Of a DNA stretch of 14,060 nucleotides, positions 1 through 8,254 are shown in pieces (positions within the stretch are counted from its first letter, which is position 1; each line of letters opens with the position of its first letter). The notes under the pieces were generated by a model that worked only from the letters and a program-made list of their open reading frames with translations, made no database searches and was not told the DNA's origin. This DNA comes from Pseudomonadota bacterium (GTDB lineage: Bacteria; UBA10199; 2-02-FULL-44-16; JBDRGF01). The DNA lies in NCBI GenBank assembly GCA_043818055.1, contig JBDRGF010000053.1, positions 1 to 14,060 on the forward strand. The letters are read 5' to 3'. The translations under genes were made by a program, and so were the position numbers.

Positions 1-528
1 ACCGATCGAAGGTGTGAGTTTAAGAAAGCTCCTGTCCGATTCGTCGGCTTCGGCCACCATGAACTCCCCCTCGCCAAGCTTCGCGTTGCTCTTGAAAGAG
101 ATCACCTTTCCGCCGATGATCGCCGTTGGGTCAAGCCCTGCTTTTTCGAGCACCCAGGCGATGATCGCAGTGGTAGAAGTTTTGCCGTGAGTCCCCGCGA
201 CCGCGATACCGTATTTCAGGCGCATCAGTTCGGAGAGCATCTCTGCCCTCGGTATGACTGGGATGCCAAGCTCCTTCGCTTTGAGCATCTCGGGGTTCTC
301 CCTTTGCACGGCTGAGGAAATTATAACAAGATCAGCATCTTTGATGTTGTCGGCATGGTGCCCCTTATATACTTTAGCGCCGAGTTTTTTGAGATGAGTT
401 ATCATCTCGCTCTCTTTGAGATCAGAGCCGCTCACCTCGTAGCCGAGCGTCATCAGGACCTGAGCGATGCCGCTCATCCCTATTCCCCCGATACCAACCA
501 TATGAATTTTTTTATACGTTCTGAACAT
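1..528 (-). CDS. murC: UDP-N-acetylmuramate--L-alanine ligase, N-terminal 176 codons (runs off the window)
   Basis: Not in the ORF track. Manual translation from the ATG at 528 gives [25 protein letters not shown] (GIGGxGMS motif) and later [10 protein letters not shown] (P-loop). It overlaps the murG stop by 17 nt and sits at the canonical position after murG. Confidence 0.96.
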   Translation of the reverse strand, partial: MFRTYKKIHMVGIGGIGMSGIAQVLMTLGYEVSGSDLKESEMITHLKKLGAKVYKGHHADNIKDADLVIISSAVQRENPEMLKAKELGIPVIPRAEMLSELMRLKYGIAVAGTHGKTSTTAIIAWVLEKAGLDPTAIIGGKVISFKSNAKLGEGEFMVAEADESDRSFLKLTPSIG

Positions 529-1612
529 CGTTTATCAACCTCAGGCTCATCTGAGTTACTATCTCAGTGGCATCAAATCTTGCCATATTTTTCATGGCGC
601 TCGACATCGCCTCTCTTCTCTCTGGCGAATCGAAAAATCCCTTTATCTCACTGGCGAGTTTTTCAGCAGTGAGCTGACTCTCCTCTATCGATATACTGGT
701 CCCCGCGCTCACAAAATATGAAGCATTGGCCCGCTGGTGATCATCGGCCGCAGCTGGAAATGGAACCAGTATCATTGGAATGCCAAATGCAGCAGCCTCG
801 GCCAGCGTCAAAGCGCCTGCCCTCGAGAGCAGGAGATCGGCCCTCTCATAGAGCTTCCAGATATCATCGCAAAAGCTAAGCACATCGGCCTTGAATCCCG
901 CTTTCTTATACTCACTGCCAATCGCTTCCGGATCGTCCCATTTTCCAACGACGTGAATGAAGGCAAGTTTATCTCCCAAATCCTTCAAATAGGGCAAGCT
1001 ATTTAACAAAGCCCTGTTCAGAGCCCGTGAGCCCTGGGAACCGCCGAAACAGAGAAGCGTCATCCTTCCCCTTGGTGCCTTTTTCACATCGTGTTTTGCG
1101 GCCGCTTCTATCTCCACCCTCAGCGGCACACCGCTCATGACAGCCTTTGAACTCACAAAATATCTGGCCGCCTTTGGATAGGCGACAAATATCTTTTTCG
1201 CAAAACGGCTCAAAGCTCTAGTCGTAACGCCCGGGATCGCGTTTGGCTCGACGAGCGTCATCGGAATTTTCAAAAGCCATCCCGCCAGCAAAACAGGAAC
1301 CGAAGCATATCCGCCAAGGCTGATTATCAGCTTAGTCCCCCTCTTTCTGAGCAGAAGGAGTGTTTTTACAACTAAAAAGGGCAATGTCAACAGGACCAAC
1401 ACCTTTCCGATTTTACCCTTATCCTTCCACGATGCGGCTTTTATAAGATTGAGCTTTAACTCATATTTCGGCACTATTTTTTCTTCCAGCCCGCGATGAC
1501 TCCCTATGAACTCCACAGCCGTTCCAGGCAGAGCCCTCTTCAAGGCCATGGCTACCGCTATCCCGGGGAAGATATGTCCACCGGTTCCGCCGGCAGCGAT
1601 CATTATCGTCAT
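512..1612 (-). CDS. murG: Undecaprenyl-PP-MurNAc-pentapeptide N-acetylglucosamine transferase
   Basis: [34 protein letters not shown] and DDHQRANA motifs. ATGA overlap with the ftsW stop at 1609-1612. Confidence 0.98.
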   Translation of the reverse strand: MTIMIAAGGTGGHIFPGIAVAMALKRALPGTAVEFIGSHRGLEEKIVPKYELKLNLIKAASWKDKGKIGKVLVLLTLPFLVVKTLLLLRKRGTKLIISLGGYASVPVLLAGWLLKIPMTLVEPNAIPGVTTRALSRFAKKIFVAYPKAARYFVSSKAVMSGVPLRVEIEAAAKHDVKKAPRGRMTLLCFGGSQGSRALNRALLNSLPYLKDLGDKLAFIHVVGKWDDPEAIGSEYKKAGFKADVLSFCDDIWKLYERADLLLSRAGALTLAEAAAFGIPMILVPFPAAADDHQRANASYFVSAGTSISIEESQLTAEKLASEIKGFFDSPERREAMSSAMKNMARFDATEIVTQMSLRLINDVQNV

Positions 1613-2724
1613 GCGTCCACCTCTCTGAATGAGGATATGTTGAGAAGAATCCCGACTGCCAAAAATGAAACTATCAGGGATGATCCTCCATAGCTTATGA
1701 ATGGAAGCGTCAATCCCTTCGTGGGAAGGAGGCCCATCACGACTGCCATGTTCAATATGGCAGATAGCGATATCAGGGATGTCGCACCTAAGGCCAGATA
1801 TTTTCCGAATAGATCCGGCGCGTTCAGCGCGATCTTTATTCCGCGGTAGGCAAAGAAGGAAAAGAGTGCGATCACTGCTAAAACGCCGATCAGCCCGAGT
1901 TCCTCACCTATCACAGAAAATATAAAGTCGGTATGCGCCTCGGGAAGGTAGAAGAGCTTTTGCTGTCCCTCTCCCAAACCGCGCCCGAAGAATCCCCCCT
2001 CGTTGAACGCGACGTATGACTGGATCATCTGAAAACCCGCTCCGTACTGATCGCTCCACGGATTTAAAAAGGATAGCATCCGTCTCTTTCTATAGTCTGA
2101 ACCTGCTATCAGCCAGAAGATGATAGGCATGGTAGCCACTGCAAAGCTTAAGAGATAGGCGAGTCTCGCACCCGCCACGTACATCATAAGCCAGGTTATA
2201 CAGGCTATAGTGAAGGCAGATCCCAAATCCCTCTGGGCGAGTATGCAAAGTGCCACGACCGACATGACGATCAGATTCGGCAAAATTCCTATGACGAGCG
2301 TGCGAATGTGCTTCGTCTTCTTCTCAAGCGAGTATGCCAAAAAGATGATCATCGCGAGTTTGATAAGCTCGGAGGGCTGGAACCTGAAACCATATAGCGA
2401 GATCCAGCGGGTGGCCCCTGAAACTTTACGTCCTAACCCGGGGATCATAGTCATAACTCCAAGGCAGAGCGATAATAGCAGAAGCGGATAGACCATCTTC
2501 TTATAGTGATGATAATTGAAATTGAGCGCCCCGATCAAAACTCCCCCTCCGAGGCCGATGAAGATGAGCGTCCTCTTTAGAAAGAAATAGCTGTCGGCAT
2601 ACCTCTCCTGTGCCAGCACCGCGCTCGCGCTGTAGTTCATCGTCACACCGATACCAACGAGAAGTATCGCCGTGAAAAGAAGCCAGTGGTCGAAGTGATG
2701 TTTTATGTATGTGTTGTCAGTCAT
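1609..2724 (-). CDS. ftsW: SEDS-family septal peptidoglycan glycosyltransferase FtsW
   Basis: Polytopic membrane protein with GATRW, FQPSE, YLPEAHTDFIF and PTKGLTLPFISYGGSS motifs. Lies between murD and murG. Confidence 0.97.
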   Translation of the reverse strand: MTDNTYIKHHFDHWLLFTAILLVGIGVTMNYSASAVLAQERYADSYFFLKRTLIFIGLGGGVLIGALNFNYHHYKKMVYPLLLLSLCLGVMTMIPGLGRKVSGATRWISLYGFRFQPSELIKLAMIIFLAYSLEKKTKHIRTLVIGILPNLIVMSVVALCILAQRDLGSAFTIACITWLMMYVAGARLAYLLSFAVATMPIIFWLIAGSDYRKRRMLSFLNPWSDQYGAGFQMIQSYVAFNEGGFFGRGLGEGQQKLFYLPEAHTDFIFSVIGEELGLIGVLAVIALFSFFAYRGIKIALNAPDLFGKYLALGATSLISLSAILNMAVVMGLLPTKGLTLPFISYGGSSLIVSFLAVGILLNISSFREVDA

Positions 2725-2727
2725 AAG

Positions 2728-2760
2728 TAAGCTGTAAGCTATAAGCTATAAGCCGTAAGC
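2728..2760. repeat. TAAGCTR heptamer tandem array directly upstream of ftsW
   Basis: TAAGCTG TAAGCTA TAAGCTA TAAGCCG TAAGC. On the mRNA strand it is preceded by a stem, GUAGGCAAAA/UUUUGCUUAC (2755-2783). Confidence 0.93.
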
Positions 2761-2798
2761 AAAACCATCGGGCTTTTGCCTACATGCTACATACGCCT

Positions 2799-4160
2799 TT
2801 ATAACTTCATTACCTCCCCGATAAACACATCCCCACGGTGTTCATAATCTTTAAACATGTCGTAACTTGAGCATGCGGGGGATAGCAAAACTACATCCCC
2901 CTCTTGAGCCCTTTCTTTTGCGATCTTCACGGCATCGCCGAGATCCTTTGCCATCGAGATGCTGCTTATTGAATTTCCAAGCTCCTCTTTGATTCTCGGC
3001 GCAGTATCACCGATGAGTATCATCTCTTTCACCTTCGAGTGAACATACGGCGCAAGGGGTGTAAAAGGAAGACCCTTGTCGTAACCTCCTGCTATCCATA
3101 TGAGCGGTCTCGTAAAACTCATGATCGCCTTTATCGAGGAGTCGACATTCGTCCCCTTTGAATCGTTGTAATATTCGACACCTTTAAATTTTCTCACAAG
3201 TTGAAGCCTGTGCTTTAGCGGCTTGAAGCTCTTTACAGCGTTTATCATCGCAGATGAATCAGCTCCTAAAGATAACGTAGTCAGAAGAGAGGCTGCGATA
3301 TTTTCATAGTTATGTTCGCCGACCAGATTTTGATCCTCAACCGCAATTGATGATTTAGTTCCATCCATCGACACAACAATTTTGGCAGAGTCAAACCATC
3401 CGTCGACATCTTTATCGATCGAAGAGGAAAATACTTTATATTTTATATCATGTCGTGCTTTGAGCTTATGAGACTCTTCAATCGCCCTCTTTATGAGAGA
3501 ATCGGAGGCGTTATAGATCGCGACACCATTCTCCTTGAGATTTTCAAAGAGCTTTAGCTTTAAAGCCGAATAGACCTCCATCGTCTTGTGACGTGAGAGG
3601 TGATCTTCAGTTAAATTGAGCCAGATGGCCACATCAGGCTTCAAGTTGTCACATAGCTCCATCTGAAAACTCGATATCTCGAGCACAAGATAATCGGCGT
3701 TTTTCGCCTCATCCCAAACCGCTGAAAGAGGAAGTCCGATGTTTCCCGCAAGCACCGATTTCAAGCCTGCCGATTTTAGCATGTGATGGATGAGGGAGAC
3801 GGTCGTGCTCTTGCCGTTCGTGCCTGTCACAGCAACTATCTTCGCGTCTATCCCTGTAAGCGCGAATTCAAGTTCCGCCTTGACTGGAATGTTTTTCTCA
3901 AGAGATGCTTTCACAAGCGGATGCTCGAGACTGATTCCAGGACTGACAATCGTCAAATCGAACTGACTCACATCAATCTGCCCCGGATCTTTGAAATAAC
4001 ATTTCAGATCGGTGGGAGGTATAAAATCGGAATCGTCATAGATGGCACAACTCGCCCCCCAAGATTTGGCAAGTTTAGCCGCAGCAAGACCTGACTTCCC
4101 GGCACCAAGCACCAAAATTTTCTTACCGGTCAAGTTCTCCATATTTTGAGCAATACTCAT
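2799..4160 (-). CDS. murD: UDP-N-acetylmuramoyl-L-alanine--D-glutamate ligase
   Basis: GAGKSG, GTNGKSTT, LEISSFQ, NDSKGTN and LLSPACSSYD motifs. The start could alternatively be the ATG at 4142. Confidence 0.97.
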   Translation of the reverse strand: MSIAQNMENLTGKKILVLGAGKSGLAAAKLAKSWGASCAIYDDSDFIPPTDLKCYFKDPGQIDVSQFDLTIVSPGISLEHPLVKASLEKNIPVKAELEFALTGIDAKIVAVTGTNGKSTTVSLIHHMLKSAGLKSVLAGNIGLPLSAVWDEAKNADYLVLEISSFQMELCDNLKPDVAIWLNLTEDHLSRHKTMEVYSALKLKLFENLKENGVAIYNASDSLIKRAIEESHKLKARHDIKYKVFSSSIDKDVDGWFDSAKIVVSMDGTKSSIAVEDQNLVGEHNYENIAASLLTTLSLGADSSAMINAVKSFKPLKHRLQLVRKFKGVEYYNDSKGTNVDSSIKAIMSFTRPLIWIAGGYDKGLPFTPLAPYVHSKVKEMILIGDTAPRIKEELGNSISSISMAKDLGDAVKIAKERAQEGDVVLLSPACSSYDMFKDYEHRGDVFIGEVMKL

Positions 4161-4171
4161 ACAGTTTTCCC

Positions 4172-4199
4172 GTAAGGGCGGTTCGCGAACCGCCCCTAC
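4172..4199 (-). repeat. GTAG-type REP palindrome (single copy)
   Basis: The minus strand reads GTAG followed by GGGCGGTTCGCGAACCGCCC, a perfect 20-bp palindrome at 4176-4195, in the mraY-murD spacer. Confidence 0.88.
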
Positions 4200-4203
4200 A
4201 ATT

Positions 4204-5280
4204 TTATCTCAATTTCAACGTCGCTAAACTTCCCAACGCCAGTATGAACGATATTATCCAGAATCTCACGATCACTTTGTTCTCCGGCCATCCTTTGAGT
4301 TCGAAGTGGTGATGGATCGGGGCCATTCTGAAAATTCTTTTTCCCAGCAGCTGAAAAGATATCACCTGAGTGATGACCGAGACGGTCTCCAAAACAAAGA
4401 TGCCGCCGATCAAGATCAGCAAAAATTCATTCTTCGTCGCTACCGCAACATATCCCAAAACCGCTCCCAACGATAGCGAACCGACATCCCCCATGAAGAT
4501 CGAGGCAGGGTGCGAGTTGAACCACAGAAAGGCCATAAGCGCCCCAACTATAGCCGTGGAAAATATTGAGAGCTCTCCCGCCCCCGGAACAAATGGAACG
4601 ACGAGATATTGGGCGATGTTCATATGTCCTGCGATATATGCAAGTACGGCATATGCAAAAAATGAGACGATCGATGGCACACTCACAAGCCCATCCAAAC
4701 CATCAGTCAGATTCACTGCGTTCGAAGCAGAGACGATGACGAGCATCGCAAAGGGTATGTAGAACCAGCCAAGATTGGGCTGAAACGATTTGAAAAATGG
4801 AACTGATAAACTCGTATCAAAGCCTGCAACAGAAAAGAGCAGGATGCTGCAGATTACCGCAAAAAGAAGCTGCAGCGGAAACTTATATCTGGCGCGCAAA
4901 CCATGCGCATCCTTCTGAAAAATTTTGATAAGATCGTCGCAAAGCCCGATCCCTCCAAAGAGCAACATCACCAGAATTCCCAAAAGCACCAAAAGGTTAT
5001 CGAGCCTCGTCCACAAAAGAACCGATATCAAAGTCGAGAGGATGATGAGAATTCCACCCATCGTCGGAACTCCCCTCTTATCCATATGTGAGACGGGACC
5101 ATCGGTGCGAATCGTCTGCCAGAGGTGCAGCTTTTTTATCATCCTGTTAAAATAAGGGCTCATTACAAAGTATATCAAAAGCGCTGTGAAGAATGCCATC
5201 AGTGCCCGGAATGTGATATACCTGAAGACGTTGAACACGATGAAATCATCGCGCAAAGGATACAGAATATAGTATAGCAT
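4204..5280 (-). CDS. mraY: Phospho-N-acetylmuramoyl-pentapeptide transferase
   Basis: PTMGG, NAVNLTDGLDGL, FMGDVGS and MAPIHHHFE motifs. One-nucleotide TGATG overlap with murF at 5280. Confidence 0.98.
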   Translation of the reverse strand: MLYYILYPLRDDFIVFNVFRYITFRALMAFFTALLIYFVMSPYFNRMIKKLHLWQTIRTDGPVSHMDKRGVPTMGGILIILSTLISVLLWTRLDNLLVLLGILVMLLFGGIGLCDDLIKIFQKDAHGLRARYKFPLQLLFAVICSILLFSVAGFDTSLSVPFFKSFQPNLGWFYIPFAMLVIVSASNAVNLTDGLDGLVSVPSIVSFFAYAVLAYIAGHMNIAQYLVVPFVPGAGELSIFSTAIVGALMAFLWFNSHPASIFMGDVGSLSLGAVLGYVAVATKNEFLLILIGGIFVLETVSVITQVISFQLLGKRIFRMAPIHHHFELKGWPENKVIVRFWIISFILALGSLATLKLR

Positions 5281-6662
5281 CAGTCCACCCCCACCCTTTC
5301 TTTTAGATATTCCACGAGCCTCTCCATCCGCATCCCTCTGGACCCCTTGACCAGAAGGATATCTCCCTGATTCAATTCTTTCTCTATCGATGAAAATGTT
5401 TCAGAGACATCTCCGAAAGATGCGATGTCTTCCAATCCGGATGAACGTGCACCCTCTTCGATGAATCGTGCAAACTTTCCTACAGCATATAATTTCTGAA
5501 CGCCGAAGCCAGAAGCAGATTTTCCAATATCAAAATGAAGCTCTCCCGATTTTTCGCCAAGCTCCAGCATATCGCCGAGGACTGCGATGAAGCGCCCGCT
5601 TCTGGGCGCACCGGATACTGTCCTCATCGAGGCCTTCACGGATTCGGGATTTGCATTATAAGCATCATTGACAAGCCTCACCCCGTTCTTGAGCTGCACC
5701 TGCTCGAGGTGCATCGATATCGGCTTGAACTCAGAGAGGCGCCGCATCGTTTCCTCGCCTGATATCCCGAGCGCCAATCCCACGCTGACGGCAGCCATAG
5801 CGTTCATGACGTTGTGCGCGCCGACCACTTTCAACTTCGAAGAACACTCCCTTCCCCTGACGGAGATCTTGAGGGTCATCTCTTCGAACCCGATGATCTC
5901 CATGTGAAGAAATCTGACATCAGCGGAATTCTGCATGCCGAATCCGATCTTCTCACCTTTGAAGGTGTCGGAGAGCGATTTTACAAATGGATCCTCCTGA
6001 TTGATGATGGCGATCGCACTTGTATCCATATTTTCAAAGAGCTCACCCTTGGCCCTTGCGACATCGCTTATATCCCCAAGCTTTTCCAGATGGGCTGCGG
6101 TGACATTTGTGATAAGTCCAATCGTCGGACGAGCGATCTGAGTCAGTCGTTTGATCTCGCCGAAGGCGTTCATTCCCATCTCGAGAACAGCTGCTGAATC
6201 ATCCTTTTCCCAGTTGAAGATGGTGAGCGGCAATCCGATGAGATTGTTATAATTTCCCCTCGTCTTCAAAACCCGCCCGAGCTTTCCCGCTACGAGAGAG
6301 ACCATCTCCTTTGTCGTCGTCTTTCCGTTGCTTCCAGTTATGCCGACACAAGGCACATCGAAATCATCTCTCCACCAAGCTGCGATCGAACCGATCGCAT
6401 CGACGGTATCTTTTACCCTTATCGTCGGAACATCGGAAACAAAGTCCGAATCGGATGAAACAAGAAGTGCTACAGCCCCTTTTTCTATCGCATCCTTACA
6501 AAATTTGTGTCCGTCGAGGAAATGCCCCTTGATCGCGACATAGAGATCCCCCATCTTCATGGTGCGCGTGTCGATGCTTATTCCGGTGCATGAAGTGGAA
6601 GCATCTCCATGAACAAGTTCGCCGTCACAAATTCTGATGATGTCGCTTAAAGTAAACTTCAA
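5280..6662 (-). CDS. murF: UDP-N-acetylmuramoyl-tripeptide--D-alanyl-D-alanine ligase
   Basis: GSNGKTTTKE, NNLIGLP, EMGM, NDAYNANP, GDMLELG and VKGSRGM motifs. TTG start with GGAG 7 nt upstream. Confidence 0.97.
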   Translation of the reverse strand: MKFTLSDIIRICDGELVHGDASTSCTGISIDTRTMKMGDLYVAIKGHFLDGHKFCKDAIEKGAVALLVSSDSDFVSDVPTIRVKDTVDAIGSIAAWWRDDFDVPCVGITGSNGKTTTKEMVSLVAGKLGRVLKTRGNYNNLIGLPLTIFNWEKDDSAAVLEMGMNAFGEIKRLTQIARPTIGLITNVTAAHLEKLGDISDVARAKGELFENMDTSAIAIINQEDPFVKSLSDTFKGEKIGFGMQNSADVRFLHMEIIGFEEMTLKISVRGRECSSKLKVVGAHNVMNAMAAVSVGLALGISGEETMRRLSEFKPISMHLEQVQLKNGVRLVNDAYNANPESVKASMRTVSGAPRSGRFIAVLGDMLELGEKSGELHFDIGKSASGFGVQKLYAVGKFARFIEEGARSSGLEDIASFGDVSETFSSIEKELNQGDILLVKGSRGMRMERLVEYLKERVGVD

Positions 6663-6681
6663 TTGTAATCTCCATCCCTCT

Positions 6682-6754
6682 GTAGGGGCGGGTTTTAAAC
6701 CCGCCCTACATTCTACGATTCAATTCCTCGGGCAGGTTTAAAACCTGCCCCTAC
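6682..6754. repeat. Inverted doublet of GTAG-type REPs (REPIN/BIME-like)
   Basis: GTAGGGGCGGGTTTTAAACCCGCCC (+, 6682-6706) and GTAGGGGCAGGTTTTAAACCTGCCC (-, 6754-6730), separated by 23 nt. Confidence 0.92.
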
Positions 6755-6758
6755 ATCT

Positions 6759-8246
6759 TTACACTAAACACTTTCTCAATTCCTCCCTGTCATCGAAGGC
6801 CTTCACTTCGTTCTTCACCAGCTGATAGCTTTCATGTCCCTTGCCGGCGACGATGAGGACATCTCCAGCCTTTGAAAGGGCGGCCGCTCTTGATATCGCA
6901 TCCCGCCTGTCCTCGTTTATCTCGTATGAAAAATCCGCTCTCATGGAACTCATCATCCCCTCTTTGATGCCTGAGACTATCTCGTCGATGATCGCCATCG
7001 GATCTTCGCTCCGGGGATTGTCCGATGTCACGATCACGTGGTCGGCAAGGTTGGCCGCTATTTCACCCATGATACGCCTCTTTCCCTTGTCGCGATCACC
7101 TCCGCAGCCGAATACGAGTATGAGTTTTTTTTCTCCCTTTAATCTCTTTCCCTCGGCGAGTATGCTGGATAAGGCCTGAGGCTTATGCGCGTAATCTACG
7201 AGCGCCAAAACTCCCTTATCATTGTCGATCTCCTCCATCCTGCCGGGAACTCTTTTTAATGAAGCGACGCCTTCAACAATGCGCTCAGCTGAGATGCCGA
7301 CACTCAAGGCAGCTGCAACAGCTGCCATTATATTATAGACATTGTGCCTGCCGATGAGTTTGGATGATATCTGCAGAGTACCGACGGGCGTATTTAAAGT
7401 GCATCTAATGCCATCTCCACCTGAAACAAGATTCTCAACACTGATATCCGCTTCCTTTGAAAAACCGTATGTGAGAATCTCTGTCTTTATCTCTTTTGCC
7501 AATCGCATTCCATAGGGATCATCCAGATTAATTACAGCTTTTTTCGCAACCTTCTCAGATCGCGATATGATCCCGGTGAAAAGCCTGCGCTTCGCGCAGA
7601 AATAATTCTCCATGTCGGCGTGATAATCGAGATGCTCTCTCGAAAGATTTGTAAAGATCACACAGTCAAAATGAGTCTTGTCGACCCGCTTCTGAGAGAG
7701 CGCGTGGGAACTCACTTCCATCGCACAGAGCTCAACTTTCGAATCGACCATCTTTGAAAGAAAGCGCTGTATATCGCACGATTCAGGGGTGGTGTGGCTG
7801 GCGTTCTCCACCACATTGAGAAATCTGTGTTCCACCGTCCCCATAACGCCCATCGAAATCCCGGCACTCTGAGCGATCGACTCGATCAGATAGCATGTTG
7901 TCGTCTTTCCGCTCGTGCCTGTTATACCTATGAGCTTGATCTTTTTAGAGGGCTCATCGTTGATCATGGAAGCAAGAGATGCCATTGCGAACCTCGGGTC
8001 CTCGACAACGAGGCAGCCTATGCCAGCAGGAAGGTTCTCAGCAGAATCCGTGATCACAGCTTTAGCGCCTCTTTCAATCGCACGATGCACATAATTTATG
8101 CCATGCGTTTTTTTTCCGGGAAGGGCTACAAAACAGGAATCCTTCGTTGCATCATCTGCAACACAGCAGACATCGAAAATCTCAACGTCGAGATTCCCGA
8201 AGCGTTCCCTTACAGAAAAAACATTTATAAAATCTAAAAGTCGCAT
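6759..8246 (-). CDS. murE: UDP-N-acetylmuramoyl-dipeptide--meso-diaminopimelate ligase
   Basis: GTSGKTT, MEVSSH, DYAH, GCGGDRD and AGKGHE motifs. The DNPR motif indicates meso-DAP specificity. An AAGGAG SD overlaps the ftsI stop. Confidence 0.97.
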   Translation of the reverse strand: MRLLDFINVFSVRERFGNLDVEIFDVCCVADDATKDSCFVALPGKKTHGINYVHRAIERGAKAVITDSAENLPAGIGCLVVEDPRFAMASLASMINDEPSKKIKLIGITGTSGKTTTCYLIESIAQSAGISMGVMGTVEHRFLNVVENASHTTPESCDIQRFLSKMVDSKVELCAMEVSSHALSQKRVDKTHFDCVIFTNLSREHLDYHADMENYFCAKRRLFTGIISRSEKVAKKAVINLDDPYGMRLAKEIKTEILTYGFSKEADISVENLVSGGDGIRCTLNTPVGTLQISSKLIGRHNVYNIMAAVAAALSVGISAERIVEGVASLKRVPGRMEEIDNDKGVLALVDYAHKPQALSSILAEGKRLKGEKKLILVFGCGGDRDKGKRRIMGEIAANLADHVIVTSDNPRSEDPMAIIDEIVSGIKEGMMSSMRADFSYEINEDRRDAISRAAALSKAGDVLIVAGKGHESYQLVKNEVKAFDDREELRKCLV

Positions 8247-8254
8247 CCTGCTCC

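Noticed and set aside
6625..6675. Short out-of-frame ATG ORF (MEITIEVYFKRHHQNL) overlapping the murF start, suggesting a frameshift or uORF
   Set aside because: The TTG at 6662 has a properly spaced GGAG and gives a normal MurF N-terminus, so no frameshift is needed.
4172..6754. REP hairpins as intrinsic terminators
   Set aside because: They lie mid-operon and lack a convincing U-tract on the transcribed strand. The GTAG tail and shared stem fit REP elements better.
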